Part shown: in pieces, positions 10,647 through 21,142 of the stretch | Position numbering within the stretch: the stretch's first letter is position 1 | How the letters are laid out: each line of letters begins with the position of its first letter | Origin: Candidatus Niyogibacteria bacterium | GTDB lineage: Bacteria; Patescibacteriota; Minisyncoccia; HO2-45-28 | Length of the DNA: 64,000 bases | Reading direction: 5' to 3' | Assembly: GCA_016432485.1 (NCBI GenBank) | Contig: CP066691.1 | Coordinates: 388,709 to 452,708, forward strand | Made by a program: the position numbers and the translations under genes | The notes under the pieces: generated by a model | Told to the model about the DNA's origin: nothing | The model's database searches: none | Seen by the model: only the letters and a program-made list of their open reading frames with translations

Positions 10647-10680
10647 GCGGCTTTTCTCCTTTCCGTGACGAACCACGCGC

Positions 10681-10923
10681 CTACTTCTTTCCAGCAGCGC
10701 GCTTTGAGGCCTTAATGGGGTTCACCTTCCGCCCCACTTGCTTTGCAGCAGCCCGCTCTCTTGCCTGTGCCAACAAACCGCTATGCATCGGACAAGAACC
10801 CAAAGCCCACAGCGCGCCGGGGTCGGAGTAGCGTTTGCAGAAACCGCCCTCCTGCTCCCCGCAACCTTCGCACTCGGCGACCACCGGCTTCGGTGTCGCC
10901 GCGAACACCTGGTTCAGACTCAT
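10681..10923 (-). CDS. small Cys-rich hypothetical protein (CEGCGEQEGGFC...GSCPM)
   Basis: 80 aa starting at MSLNQ, with GGAGGA SD 6 nt upstream. GC-rich codon usage unlike the flanks. Confidence 0.4.
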   Translation of the reverse strand: MSLNQVFAATPKPVVAECEGCGEQEGGFCKRYSDPGALWALGSCPMHSGLLAQARERAAAKQVGRKVNPIKASKRAAGKK

Positions 10924-10975
10924 TGCCCTTCCTCCTTTTAGTTTGATTGTGATTTTTGGACCGCCCGGATAACCT

Positions 10976-11530
10976 CTATTTCTTTTTTCCCGGCCGGTCG
11001 CGCCGACGGTCTTCGGCTTGCTGCTTCCGGATTTTGCGCTTTGCAGCCGGGGACATCTTATCGAAGTCCGACGGCAATGTAAAAGCGCCGTGAGCCCGCA
11101 TTGCCCCTGCAACTGCCGGATTCACTGGCCGTTGACGCGAAATTATCCGTCCGTCGATAACTCGCAAATCTCTGTCGGTTAACCTGTCGTCAACCTTAGA
11201 AAGGACCCTGCCTCCCAACTTTTCGTTGAGACGAAGAATCCCTTTGGTCTTGTTGCCCGATCGGGTACCATTCGCCGCATTCAGCTCCTGAGTGAGCCTC
11301 ATACGCAGAATGGATGGAAAAGAATCCCATTCTCGAGCAACGAGCTCAACCGCGGCGTGATGCGACATCGAATTGACGATAATCGCGACCACATTTTTTA
11401 ACTCTTTCCCCGCGTTCCAACCTTCAAAAACTACACCGCACGAATCACTCCCTGAAAAATCCTCCTCCTTTTTTCGCCACAACGAGAGGGGGATGTTTTT
11501 GTCAATCAGCCAAAGTGTCAAAAGCTTCAT
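10976..11530 (-). CDS. hypothetical protein (GC-rich island)
   Basis: Start at MKLLTLW, preceded by GGGAGGAAATATG. No confident domain; a possible RNase-H-like segment SGSDSCGVVFEGW is speculative. Confidence 0.4.
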   Translation of the reverse strand: MKLLTLWLIDKNIPLSLWRKKEEDFSGSDSCGVVFEGWNAGKELKNVVAIIVNSMSHHAAVELVAREWDSFPSILRMRLTQELNAANGTRSGNKTKGILRLNEKLGGRVLSKVDDRLTDRDLRVIDGRIISRQRPVNPAVAGAMRAHGAFTLPSDFDKMSPAAKRKIRKQQAEDRRRDRPGKKK

Positions 11531-11649
11531 ATTTCCTCCCTTCGGTTGGTTTGATGTTGCGGCAGAATCCTTATCCAAAGAAGATCCCGTTGATATGTCA
11601 ATATTGCAAAATACTCCTACATTATATAGTATAACTATAGAAAAGTCAA

Positions 11650-11754
11650 CCCCCACACCTATCGAGCTTTAAGGCTTTGGGAATTGTCCTTCAAACTTTT
11701 TATTATATAAACATAACTCATGAAATTAATTAAAAGCTCGATAGGTCGTGGGGG
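11650..11754. repeat. long-loop palindromic element with CCCCCACACCTA ends
   Basis: CCCCCACACCTATCGAGCTTT ... AAAGCTCGATAGGTCGTGGGGG, a 21-bp stem with one mismatch and ~62-nt loop. Confidence 0.6.
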
Positions 11755-11964
11755 TCAAGTGCGCGATGCTGGGATCGAACCAGTCGCGACTCGCTCACCT
11801 CAAAGGATTCGCTCGCGCTCCCTAGAAACCCTCGGTTTCTAGCGCCCCGCAGTTGCGGGGCTGTTTTCCTACACGCAAGGACGCTTACGCTTCCTCCCGA
11901 CCCCACCTCAAAGGTTCGATTCCTGCCTCAAAAGAAATAACGGCAAAAGCCGTTATTTCAAAAT

Positions 11965-12036
11965 TGGGCGGTGCAGGAATCGAACCTGCGCTCTCTGCAA
12001 TGTGAATGCAGCGTTTTACCATTAAACCAACCGCCC
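11965..12036 (-). tRNA. tRNA-Val (anticodon CAC)
   Basis: GGGCGGU-UG-GUUU-AAUGGUA-AAAC-G-CUGCA-UUCACAU-UGCAG-AGAGC-GCAGG-UUCGAUU-CCUGC-ACCGCCC-A. All four stems canonical. Confidence 0.9.
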
Positions 12037-12070
12037 AAAAACTAGCCGACACTAAGTGTCGGCTAGTTTT
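12037..12070 (-). terminator. hairpin terminator after the 12069..12680 gene
   Basis: AAAACTAGCCGACAC-TAA-GTGTCGGCTAGTTTT, perfect palindrome. Confidence 0.5.
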
Positions 12071-12680
12071 AAACATTCAACTTATCAAGGAGTTTCTCGT
12101 GCGGATGGTCAAAAATCTCGCGCAAAAAATGGTCGTACATGCCCATCCGATATTTAAACTCGTCCGCTGAAAAAAGGGCGTATTTGAGTTCTTTGCCGAT
12201 AACCGATTCAATCGAACTCAAAATACTCTCAAGCTTGGCGCGGCTTATTGAATCCCCTATCACCAAAACATCCAGGCGCGACGAATCATTGTCCAGAAAT
12301 ATCCCCGAGAGCACCACCAATTTTAGTTTTGAGCCGAGCGCCTTAAATTTTTTAAGCAAGACATCTTTGCCTATCGGAGCGGAATTGAGAATCAAGCCGC
12401 GAAGCTGATGCAGGAGCGCGAAATCCTGGTCCAAAATCCAGCCCCTTACTTTTTTATGCTTGGGTTTTTTATTTTTGAATTCAATTTCTATTTCTTTCGT
12501 TGACGGCTTGATGAAACCGATTTTTCTCAAAAGGCCGATTTCATAATTTGCTTTTCGTATATTAAGTTTAGTTCTCCGGCTTATGTCGCGCGACTCAAGT
12601 ACCTCTTCGGCGTTCATTAAAAACAAACGCATTATTTTAACTAACGCCTGCGAGGAGAACAGTTCGGCTAAAATATCCAT
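12069..12680 (-). CDS. hypothetical protein, N-terminal wHTH-like plus minimal nucleotidyltransferase-like segment
   Basis: 203 aa. Segment LSGIFLDNDSSRLDVLVIGD resembles the MNT GS...D.D motif. Confidence 0.35.
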   Translation of the reverse strand: MDILAELFSSQALVKIMRLFLMNAEEVLESRDISRRTKLNIRKANYEIGLLRKIGFIKPSTKEIEIEFKNKKPKHKKVRGWILDQDFALLHQLRGLILNSAPIGKDVLLKKFKALGSKLKLVVLSGIFLDNDSSRLDVLVIGDSISRAKLESILSSIESVIGKELKYALFSADEFKYRMGMYDHFLREIFDHPHEKLLDKLNV

Positions 12681-12766
12681 AATTTTACGCGATGCAAATC
12701 TACTAATGCATACTAATTATACCAATAGATTCGTATAATTAGAATCAATTCGTATATTGGTATCGA

Positions 12767-13192
12767 TTATTTAAGTTCAACCTTTGCGCCGGCCTCCTCA
12801 AATTTCTTTTTGAGCTCTTCGGCTTCTTCTTTCTTTATATTTTCCTTAACCACTTTCGGGGCCGCGTCAACCAAGTCCTTGGCCTCTTTCAGGCCCAAAC
12901 CAAGCGCTTCGCGCACGACTTTAATCACCTGAATTTTCTGCGCGCCCGCATCTTTTAATTCTACCGTAAATGAGGTTTTTTCAGCGGCTGCGGCTTCGGC
13001 TCCCGCGACTGCTCCGGAAGCTGCGGCCGGCGCCATAACGGCGGCTGACACTCCGAATTTATCTTCCAGGACTTTAACCAATTCGGCTAAATCCATAACG
13101 CTCATTGTTTCAATACTCGCAACCAAGTTCTTGAATTTTTCCGGCACTTCAACATTTTTATTTTCTTCTCCTAAATTTGGTGCTAATGACAT
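12767..13192 (-). CDS. rplL: 50S ribosomal protein L7/L12
   Basis: [19 protein letters not shown]...[40 protein letters not shown]. Confidence 0.85.
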   Translation of the reverse strand: MSLAPNLGEENKNVEVPEKFKNLVASIETMSVMDLAELVKVLEDKFGVSAAVMAPAAASGAVAGAEAAAAEKTSFTVELKDAGAQKIQVIKVVREALGLGLKEAKDLVDAAPKVVKENIKKEEAEELKKKFEEAGAKVELK

Positions 13193-13193
13193 A

Positions 13194-13712
13194 TTATTTT
13201 TTATTTGCTAATTGATTAATAATTCCGACCAAATTTCTAATTGGACCGCCAGCACCTCCAACCAAGCCGCGAAGCGGATAACCGATAAGATATACGGTTT
13301 GCGCTATAAGCGCTTCCCGTGACGGAAGAGTTGCCAACCGTTCAATAAAATCGGCCAAAACATATTTCCCGCCAAAAATTCCGCCTAAAATCTTTAATCC
13401 TTTATGGCTTTTGGAAAAATTCCTGACTATTTTGGCAACCTCGGGCGACTCCTCATAAATAAAGGCAACCGCCGCTTCGCCATCCAAAGCCGGCAGTTCT
13501 CCGGCATAGCCAAAAGCTCCCAAAACCCGTTTCAGCAGGGTTTTTTTAGCGACTTTCAAGTCCGCTCCGGCGCCCAGAAATTCTTTTCGCAAACGCGTCA
13601 TATCGCTTGCCGCCAAATCATGAAAATTAAGAAAAACGGCCATTTTTGATTTCTCGGCTTTTTGATGCAAATCCTTTATTATTTCTTCTTTTTTTGCTCT
13701 GGTGATGGCCAT
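13194..13712 (-). CDS. rplJ: 50S ribosomal protein L10
   Basis: [15 protein letters not shown]... L10 family. Directly upstream of rplL. Confidence 0.85.
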   Translation of the reverse strand: MAITRAKKEEIIKDLHQKAEKSKMAVFLNFHDLAASDMTRLRKEFLGAGADLKVAKKTLLKRVLGAFGYAGELPALDGEAAVAFIYEESPEVAKIVRNFSKSHKGLKILGGIFGGKYVLADFIERLATLPSREALIAQTVYLIGYPLRGLVGGAGGPIRNLVGIINQLANKK

Positions 13713-13874
13713 CTGACACAAATAAATACGGCTAATAATAAAGCCGCAAAATCGCCTCAATAGGTCTTATGGTATGCCTGCCTATTTTCTACGGCTTATA
13801 TAATAAGTATAACGCAAAAGAAAACGGCGTCAAGTATTCAAAAGGCCCTCTGCATGAGAGGGCTGAAATTGGGC

Positions 13875-14279
<405 letters not shown>

Positions 14280-15209
14280 TTAGCTACGTCTTGCGTAATA
14301 ATCCTCGCGATATTTATTAAACATCTGCTGCAGTTTCAGGGTCAAGGGTCCCACCGGAATTTCAAGGTCGTCTATTTTTTCAATGGGGATAATCCCGGTC
14401 GTGGAAGTCATGAGTGCGCCGTCCAACTTATCCATATACTGCTTAAGATAATAAACGGATATTGGCTCTCTTTTGGCCCAAAAGGCCGTTGGAGAGTTTT
14501 TTTCCACAATTTCCAGAACCACTTTCAGAGTAATGCCGTCCAAGACCTGGGGCCGGCCCGAATCGCCAGAAAGCGGCGGCGCAATCACCACTCCATTCTT
14601 AAACACAAAACAAACATTAGAACCGGTTGTCTCAAGTATTTCCCCGTCCGGACCTAAATACAAAATATCATGATAAGGAACTTTTCCTTCCGAATCCGGC
14701 TGTGATACTAAAAATCGTTCTCTCGCGCCGAAAAAATAATCCGGCCTTTTTACTTCAGCCAACTGCCTTTCAAATTTTCGCGTCGCCAGACGCGCGAAAC
14801 CTTCTTTTCTTTTCAGGCGGAAAACACGGGCATATAGCAGTGGTGAGCCAACCGGATTCCAGCCGTCTAAAGTTTTACCGGCTGTGCAGTGCAGATGTAT
14901 AATTGATTCTTCAAAGCCGTTTTTTTCAAGCAGTTCGCCGAGCCGCGCTTCCAGATCTACGCTTGCGATAACTTCAATTTTTGAAAGGTCTATAATTGCT
15001 TCTTTTGCGGAGCATTGAAGGCGTTGAAAATGGTCTAGCCAGTGAAAAATATTTCGTCCTCTGGCCTCCACAACCTCCAAAACCGCCCAGCCGCGAAGAG
15101 AACCAAGATCATTAAAAGGCACGCCCACATATGATCTACGCAAACCTTCGGTATCATGAATAACTCTTCCGATGAGTACGAATCTCCCTGCTGCCGGCCC
15201 TTTTTCCAT
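14280..15209 (-). CDS. class IV PLP aminotransferase (branched-chain aa aminotransferase / aminodeoxychorismate lyase family)
   Basis: 309 aa. Region ILETTGSNVCFVFKNGVVIAPP...LDGITLKVVLEI is typical of fold-type IV aminotransferases. Confidence 0.65.
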   Translation of the reverse strand: MEKGPAAGRFVLIGRVIHDTEGLRRSYVGVPFNDLGSLRGWAVLEVVEARGRNIFHWLDHFQRLQCSAKEAIIDLSKIEVIASVDLEARLGELLEKNGFEESIIHLHCTAGKTLDGWNPVGSPLLYARVFRLKRKEGFARLATRKFERQLAEVKRPDYFFGARERFLVSQPDSEGKVPYHDILYLGPDGEILETTGSNVCFVFKNGVVIAPPLSGDSGRPQVLDGITLKVVLEIVEKNSPTAFWAKREPISVYYLKQYMDKLDGALMTSTTGIIPIEKIDDLEIPVGPLTLKLQQMFNKYREDYYARRS

Positions 15210-15263
15210 TTTTCCTCCTTAAATGAAGGTGGAAAATCGCTCTAGAGAAAAGTTAATATAGAT

Positions 15264-15312
15264 TTGTGCCGGCGTCAATCCGGCTTGCCCCGTTCTAGCG
15301 GGGCTTGCCCCG
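15264..15312. repeat. tandem duplication of a 20-bp hairpin unit
   Basis: CTTGCCCCGTTCTAGCGGGG x2. Each unit has a CCCCG/CGGGG stem. Confidence 0.6.
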
Positions 15313-15314
15313 TT

Positions 15315-15947
15315 CTAGCGGGGCGCTCCAGGGCAAATGTCTTTCAAAATCGCTCCCGCTTTTTGGCGATTCGCTTTATTTTTCATTGCTCTATTGTATT
15401 CAATAATCATATAGGTCAAATTAAACCAATCTTTTTTCGGGAATAATTTCATCAAATCCTGCTCAATTTTTACGGGGTCATAATGGCTTGATAGTCCGCA
15501 GTAATTGGCGAATTGGCGCACATGCGTATCAACCGCAATGCCTTCAACAATTCCGTAGGCGTTGCCCAAAACAATGTTTGCGGTCTTTCGCCCAACGCCC
15601 GGAAGTTTGACCATCTCGGCCATGCTCTTTGGAAGTTTTCCGCCGTATTTTTCATCAATAATTTTTGTAGCGCCCATTATGCTCTTGGCTTTGGCTCTAT
15701 AAAATCCGGTTGATTTTATTTCTTGTTCAAACCGCGCGCGATTGGCGCAGGCGAAATCGCGAGCGGTTTTATATTTTTTGAAAAGTTTTTCCGTTACCTC
15801 GTTAACTTTTTTATCCGTGCATTGCGCCGAAAGTATTACCGCGACCAAAAGCTGGATATGGTTGCCATAATTAAGCCGGATTTTGGCGCCGGGGTAAAAT
15901 TTTTTAAGCCGACGCAAAATTTCCGCGGCCTTTTTCTTTTTATTCAT
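15315..15947 (-). CDS. nth: endonuclease III (HhH-GPD DNA glycosylase)
   Basis: LVAVILSAQCTDKKVNEVT...LPGVGRKTANIVL...VDTHV. Confidence 0.8.
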   Translation of the reverse strand: MNKKKKAAEILRRLKKFYPGAKIRLNYGNHIQLLVAVILSAQCTDKKVNEVTEKLFKKYKTARDFACANRARFEQEIKSTGFYRAKAKSIMGATKIIDEKYGGKLPKSMAEMVKLPGVGRKTANIVLGNAYGIVEGIAVDTHVRQFANYCGLSSHYDPVKIEQDLMKLFPKKDWFNLTYMIIEYNRAMKNKANRQKAGAILKDICPGAPR

Positions 15948-16008
15948 ATGTATATTTATATTTTAAACAAAAAAGCGACCGGAAAAAATAGGTCGCTATT
16001 TTCAAAAA

Positions 16009-17298
16009 TTAAGATAGGATGGCTCGTTCAATGTGACGCGGCGGACGAGCTCTCCACACTTCCCTTTTTGCAATCTCAAGCGCGATGGAGCGCGGATCGC
16101 GGACGGTCCGCTTCGCTTCTTCAAGAACAAAACGGGTATTATGCCCGACAACCCGCTTGGCATAATCCAAACCCTCTTCAGGAGTGCCGCCGGCATATTC
16201 CACATAGGACGCGCCCGAGGCGCCGGCATTGACAACAAAACCGGGTACGATAATTTTTCCTCTTTCCCAAAGCGCCCGCTCAGCCGATTCCGTAACTCCA
16301 AGATTCGCCCCCTGTAAAATTACCCGAGCGCGAATTTTTCCTACATTATCCTCATGAATCTGGCGCGGTTCGCTTGAGGCCAGCGCTAGTATGTCAACAT
16401 CGGCAAAAAGTTCTTCGCCGGGATTCAAACGACCGGTCGCAAACGAATATCCGCGAAGATCGCTGTTACGCGAAATGAGATCAAGAGTTCCGACTGGTTC
16501 AAAACCTCCGGCAATGAAATGGCACTGAATTACTCCTCCGAATCTTGGGTCGGCAATAATAGTTACTGTCGGCCGCTCGCCGACGCGAAACTCCTTAAGC
16601 CCCTTCATAAATCCCTGACCGACTGCGCCAAAACCTTGAATAGCCATAGTCGTTTTTGAAGAATGAAATTCAACGCCCGCGTATTCACACATCGCGATCA
16701 GCGCTTCAATAGAAGCAACGCCGGTAATTCCCATTTCATCATAAGGAATTCCGCCGAGATCCCGCGGCTTGCCGGTAGATACGCGCCTATCACCTAATTC
16801 ATCTACCACCTCTCGCGCCGCCCATTCGCCAAGACCCACATCGAGTCCAAAAATGTATTTACCCGGTGTATCGCCTATTTTAATAAGGTCGGCCTCAAAA
16901 AGCGCTCGTGCCCATCCGCGAAGCACTGCTTTGGCAATTAGTGTCACCTGCCGAGGATGGCCGGACTCAAAATCAATTCCGCCTTTTATGCCTCCCCATG
17001 GGTCATATTCCGGTTTCTCGCCGATCGGCACGCAAAGAACCTGTTTCCAGGTCATGACCCGTCCTTTACCAAGAGTAATTGCGAGGTCGCATCCACGATA
17101 CATAGCCGTTCCGCCCTTGCCGGTGCCGGTAGGACTGCGCCAAGTGTTATCAACGACAAGCCAGCCGATTTTTTCTTGTTTGGCTGATTTACGAGGATCG
17201 AAAACTTCGTGCACGGCTTCCGGTCCAAATTCGTCAGCGGGAAAATCAAGAACCGGTCTTAATTTTCGCACTTTGTAATGCGGGATTTGAAGCACCAC
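16009..17298 (-). CDS. Glu/Leu/Phe/Val dehydrogenase family enzyme
   Basis: 429 aa. GGIPYDEMGITGVASIEAL...AIQGFGAVGQGF...VNAGASGASYVEY. Confidence 0.7.
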   Translation of the reverse strand: MVLQIPHYKVRKLRPVLDFPADEFGPEAVHEVFDPRKSAKQEKIGWLVVDNTWRSPTGTGKGGTAMYRGCDLAITLGKGRVMTWKQVLCVPIGEKPEYDPWGGIKGGIDFESGHPRQVTLIAKAVLRGWARALFEADLIKIGDTPGKYIFGLDVGLGEWAAREVVDELGDRRVSTGKPRDLGGIPYDEMGITGVASIEALIAMCEYAGVEFHSSKTTMAIQGFGAVGQGFMKGLKEFRVGERPTVTIIADPRFGGVIQCHFIAGGFEPVGTLDLISRNSDLRGYSFATGRLNPGEELFADVDILALASSEPRQIHEDNVGKIRARVILQGANLGVTESAERALWERGKIIVPGFVVNAGASGASYVEYAGGTPEEGLDYAKRVVGHNTRFVLEEAKRTVRDPRSIALEIAKREVWRARPPRHIERAILS

Positions 17299-17365
17299 TG
17301 CCTCCTTTCTTTCATATAAAAAACAACCTCGCTTATCCTAATTGAGCGGCGTAAAAAAGTAAAGA

Positions 17366-20300
17366 TTATAGCGGATTGGGGTCGGTTGAGGGCGAACCGC
17401 AGTTGCATCCTGACATATCAATTGAGTAGCCGCTTGAAGCCGCGATATCTTTTTCATTTCCGGAAAAAGTCATGTTTTCCAGTGTCCCGTCGGCGCCGAC
17501 GACTCTTAATCCCGCGGCGACACCCGTGACTTTCTGGGTGTGGTTACGTATCGTTGTATTTTTAACGGAAAACAAATTGGCGGTCGGCGCGAAACGAATT
17601 CCGTTTTGGAAATTATTTTCCGTAACGGCCGTATCAATTTTAGCCGCGTCGGCCGCGATCCAAAGACCGGCCTTATTATCCGTGTTAATACCGGTCGTCT
17701 TTCCGCCGGCGTAGCGTAAAGTAAAACCCTTCATATCCAAAATACCGCCGTCTTCAATCACGATTCCATACCAATCGCCCGCCAGCGGAATATTTACAGC
17801 ATTGTCGGTATTGCCGCCCGCGCTGTCGTCATAAAGCGAAGTAAAAATAAGATCGGACGCGCTTGAATTGTTGGAGAATATTTTCCCGCCGTTTTTGATT
17901 GTTAACTTTCCGGCAGCATTATTAAAATCGGCATGACCCTTCACGACAATCTGCGGCTCAAAAGCCAGGGTTGTGCTGGCAAGCACATTAACTTCATTTT
18001 TAATCAGATACGCAAGTGAATTGGATTTAAGAGTCGTCGTTCCGACCGCGCTTGAAGTTATGTCGCCCGTAAGAACTACGGCGTTAAACGCGTTTCCGGA
18101 GCCGCTATTTGCGCTGAATGAGGCGACTGCGCCCGAACTTTCAACGGCCGAAACAGAATTATTGTTAAAAGTATTTGAAGAAATGATTGCTTGCGGCGCG
18201 GATGAAATGTAAATCCCATAACGATTATTTTCAAAAGTATTTCCGTTGATGGTCGGCGAGCCGCCCGCAACTCTTAAGCCCGCCGCTCCCGGACTAAGAC
18301 CGGAATCGGAATTTGTGCTGTTTCTAAAAATAGAATTATTTGAAACGGAGCTTACCGAATTCTGCTGCAGCCAAAGCCCGTGGCCGTTTGAATATTCAAC
18401 GGTAACGGCGTCAAAAGTCGCGTTCGTATTATCAACTGCGACCATCGCTTTATAAGTGGAATTTGAAAACCATCTGCCGCCATAGCGAATAATGGCGTTG
18501 GCAAATGAGGAATTCTGGCTGGTTGATTGAATTAAAATCTGCTGCCAGCTGCCCGCTACGGGACAGACAGCGGTTGAGGAAGCGTTTGACGGATCGCATA
18601 TTCCATCACCGTTCATGTCTCCGCCGTAATCATCGTCTTCAAAGGCGGTAAAAACAATGGGACTGGCCGCCGTGCCATCGGCGATAATTTTTCCTGAAAT
18701 TATAAGCGAGGGTTCGCTCAGCGTAACGAATTTTATCACTACTCCCGGCTCAATTGTTAGAGTTGAGCCCGCCGCGACAGTTATGTCATCACGGCCGATA
18801 AGATACGGGGAATTTTGTTTGGTAAGAGTTTTGTCGGAAGAAATTGTTGTCTGAACGCTTACCAAAAAACTGACGCTGTTTTTTGATTTTGGCGTGCCTT
18901 TTATTTGCTGACCCGAAGCATCAACGCCGTTTAAAATAAATTCGCCGATAGCGGTAGCCCAATTTACAGCACTTGTACCCGCGGTTTTGGAATCAACGCG
19001 CTCCATTGTTTTTTTGGCAGTATTATCGCCCGCGCACCAGTTGGAACAATTCGCGACCTCGTCAACAGTTGAGGTCGCGCCGCTTATAACGCGCTCAAGA
19101 AACAGGCGCTCGCCGCCGTTATTCAGCGCCCAACTTGCGCCGTCATTGCCGTATGGCGTCTGATCTGCGGCGACATCGCTTACGGTCAAATCGTCTTTCC
19201 GCTCCAAAAGATAATATCCGCCCGCGGAAACCGTGCCGGTTAAAGTTATTGACGGAGTGTTATCCTCGGCTCTTAAAATCCACAAGCCGGCAAAATCAAT
19301 GTTTTGCGCCGAATTGTTCTTCAATTCAAGCCATTCGTCTTCGGTTGATGACGCCGTGCCCATCCAGGCGATTTCGTTTATGACTACCGGAAGGGAGGCG
19401 GTTTCTATGGTTTTTGATATTTCTATTTGATTGCCTGCCGCGTCGGCGGCCTTAACCGTGAAAGTGTATGCCGTGAAATCGTTTAAAAGTTCCGATGTTT
19501 CAACGCTTGAAGTCGCGCCGAATGTTTTTGGAAAACCGACGCAAGACGCGCCGTTTGTTTCGCAGTTTAATTCATAACTTGCGAGGTCTTCGGCCGTTGA
19601 CGACCATTGCAGGGTTGCCGCAGTTGAAGTTGAAAGGCACCCTGACGAAAACGAGCTTGCGCATTCTATTATTGAAAAATTTAAGTCGGGTGAGGTTGTA
19701 TCGGCTGGCTCTTCCGGCTCCGGTTCCGGTGAAGCCAAGTTGGACGAACCTCCTCCGCCAATGGCGCCCCCTCCCGAAGGAAGCGCGACCAAACCGTATT
19801 GGTCACGGATGCCATTATTTTCCGCCGCTTTTTTCTTGCCGCCATTCTCTTCGCCCCCTTCAACCTCTTCGGTTTCAACATCAACCACTTCAATCCCCCC
19901 CACCTCAACCCCCTCTTCATTTTCAGCCACTTCTACACCCTCGTTTCTTTCTGCCTCCTCTCTCTTTTCGTCCCTTTCAACCTCTTCGACCCCTTCACCT
20001 AAAATCTGCGTAGCAACAACCGCTTTCTGTCCGCTTGGAAGTCGAACTTCCAAATCGTTTTCTAAATCTGCCGACGTTACGCTTGAACCGTAAAATGTGG
20101 CGGCAAAACTAAAAATTTTATTTTTTGTATTATCAAAAATTTTCTGCGCCCAAGTTTTATTTTTGTTGTATAAAACTTTTGTTTCTTTTTCTTTCTCAAT
20201 TTCGTCAAAAAATAGTTTTATGACGCCCGCCCCGTGCAAAACAGCTTGTTTGGAAAGACGAGACCAGTAATCTCCAAGTAGTTCGCTTGTATTATCAACA

Positions 20301-21142
20301 AAAACTAAATAATTATCTGGGTTTGTTGGATCTTGAAAAACTTTTGCCAGACGAAACTCATCGACTTTTTCATCTAGCCCATACATAAAAAGAATGGTTT
20401 CCCCACCAATAATTTCTACCCCAATTCTAATAGGTTTGGGCAAATCGTAATTTTCTATAGAATCTCTACTAAAAAAATTATTATTTGAATATTTGGCTAA
20501 ATTATTAAAATATTCATCCAGATTTGTAAAAATAATCGGTCTTTGACCTTTTAACTTTGAAACTATGTCTATATTTTGTATATCAAATTGTTTTGTCCAA
20601 TGTTCATACGGACTTCCCAAATCCAAAACAGGCGGATGCGGGTCATTACGAGTGTGGTCGGGAACGCTCGCATCCTGTATCAAATGCAAAATATGGCCTA
20701 GTGTTTTTAATCCTCTCTCTTTATCACCCCAAGCGTATTCATAAATCGCGCGCTCCCAAGAATAATCAGAGTCAGCAGAATACAGCTCTTTTACTTCACC
20801 AAGGCCGACTGAAGCAAAACCCGCCTGGTCAAAAGTGGCTTTGGCCCAGTCCTTTGAGCTTAACTGCCCCCAAAGCCCCCTTTCATAAACCGGGTCGTAA
20901 AAATGACGCAGCCAGCGAGGCGCAGCGTCTTCATCAATACTGCCCCGCTTTACTAATTCTTTTTCCGCATCAGTAAATGACAATTCCGTAAAGTTCAGAT
21001 TAAAAAAATTAATGGTTTCCTGGGTTAAAGCCGGGTGCGTTGTTTGGTCGCTATAAGCCAAAACAAAAAACGGCCACAACAAAAGAATTGTGACCGCGGT
21101 TGAAAAAATCGTGGCTCTTTTTACATATCTATAATTTTCCAT
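17366..21142 (-). CDS. giant secreted surface protein: N-terminal Zn-dependent PLC / P1-nuclease-like domain, acidic linker, lamin-tail domain, parallel beta-helix repeats
   Basis: 1258 aa. HILHLIQDASVPDHT (His/Asp metal site-like), VINEIAWMGTASSTEDEWLELKNNS (LTD-like), many NxxG/beta-helix repeats. N-terminal signal/TM. Confidence 0.55.
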   Translation of the reverse strand: MENYRYVKRATIFSTAVTILLLWPFFVLAYSDQTTHPALTQETINFFNLNFTELSFTDAEKELVKRGSIDEDAAPRWLRHFYDPVYERGLWGQLSSKDWAKATFDQAGFASVGLGEVKELYSADSDYSWERAIYEYAWGDKERGLKTLGHILHLIQDASVPDHTRNDPHPPVLDLGSPYEHWTKQFDIQNIDIVSKLKGQRPIIFTNLDEYFNNLAKYSNNNFFSRDSIENYDLPKPIRIGVEIIGGETILFMYGLDEKVDEFRLAKVFQDPTNPDNYLVFVDNTSELLGDYWSRLSKQAVLHGAGVIKLFFDEIEKEKETKVLYNKNKTWAQKIFDNTKNKIFSFAATFYGSSVTSADLENDLEVRLPSGQKAVVATQILGEGVEEVERDEKREEAERNEGVEVAENEEGVEVGGIEVVDVETEEVEGGEENGGKKKAAENNGIRDQYGLVALPSGGGAIGGGGSSNLASPEPEPEEPADTTSPDLNFSIIECASSFSSGCLSTSTAATLQWSSTAEDLASYELNCETNGASCVGFPKTFGATSSVETSELLNDFTAYTFTVKAADAAGNQIEISKTIETASLPVVINEIAWMGTASSTEDEWLELKNNSAQNIDFAGLWILRAEDNTPSITLTGTVSAGGYYLLERKDDLTVSDVAADQTPYGNDGASWALNNGGERLFLERVISGATSTVDEVANCSNWCAGDNTAKKTMERVDSKTAGTSAVNWATAIGEFILNGVDASGQQIKGTPKSKNSVSFLVSVQTTISSDKTLTKQNSPYLIGRDDITVAAGSTLTIEPGVVIKFVTLSEPSLIISGKIIADGTAASPIVFTAFEDDDYGGDMNGDGICDPSNASSTAVCPVAGSWQQILIQSTSQNSSFANAIIRYGGRWFSNSTYKAMVAVDNTNATFDAVTVEYSNGHGLWLQQNSVSSVSNNSIFRNSTNSDSGLSPGAAGLRVAGGSPTINGNTFENNRYGIYISSAPQAIISSNTFNNNSVSAVESSGAVASFSANSGSGNAFNAVVLTGDITSSAVGTTTLKSNSLAYLIKNEVNVLASTTLAFEPQIVVKGHADFNNAAGKLTIKNGGKIFSNNSSASDLIFTSLYDDSAGGNTDNAVNIPLAGDWYGIVIEDGGILDMKGFTLRYAGGKTTGINTDNKAGLWIAADAAKIDTAVTENNFQNGIRFAPTANLFSVKNTTIRNHTQKVTGVAAGLRVVGADGTLENMTFSGNEKDIAASSGYSIDMSGCNCGSPSTDPNPL

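Noticed and set aside
10351-10946. Several plus-strand ORFs in the GC-rich island (10351..10593, 10380..10715, 10568..10831, 10738..10946)
   Set aside because: GC-rich DNA yields long spurious ORFs in all frames. Minus-strand ORFs have proper SD sequences and operon-like arrangement, so the plus-strand ORFs were not called.
11759-11817. Possible additional tRNA on the minus strand (T-arm plus acceptor)
   Set aside because: Only 59 nt with no anticodon or D arm. Treated as a tRNA-like fragment rather than a gene.
19495-20093. Pro/Ser-rich plus-strand ORFs inside the giant gene 17366..21142
   Set aside because: Antisense of a well-supported long ORF. Low-complexity translation typical of shadow frames.
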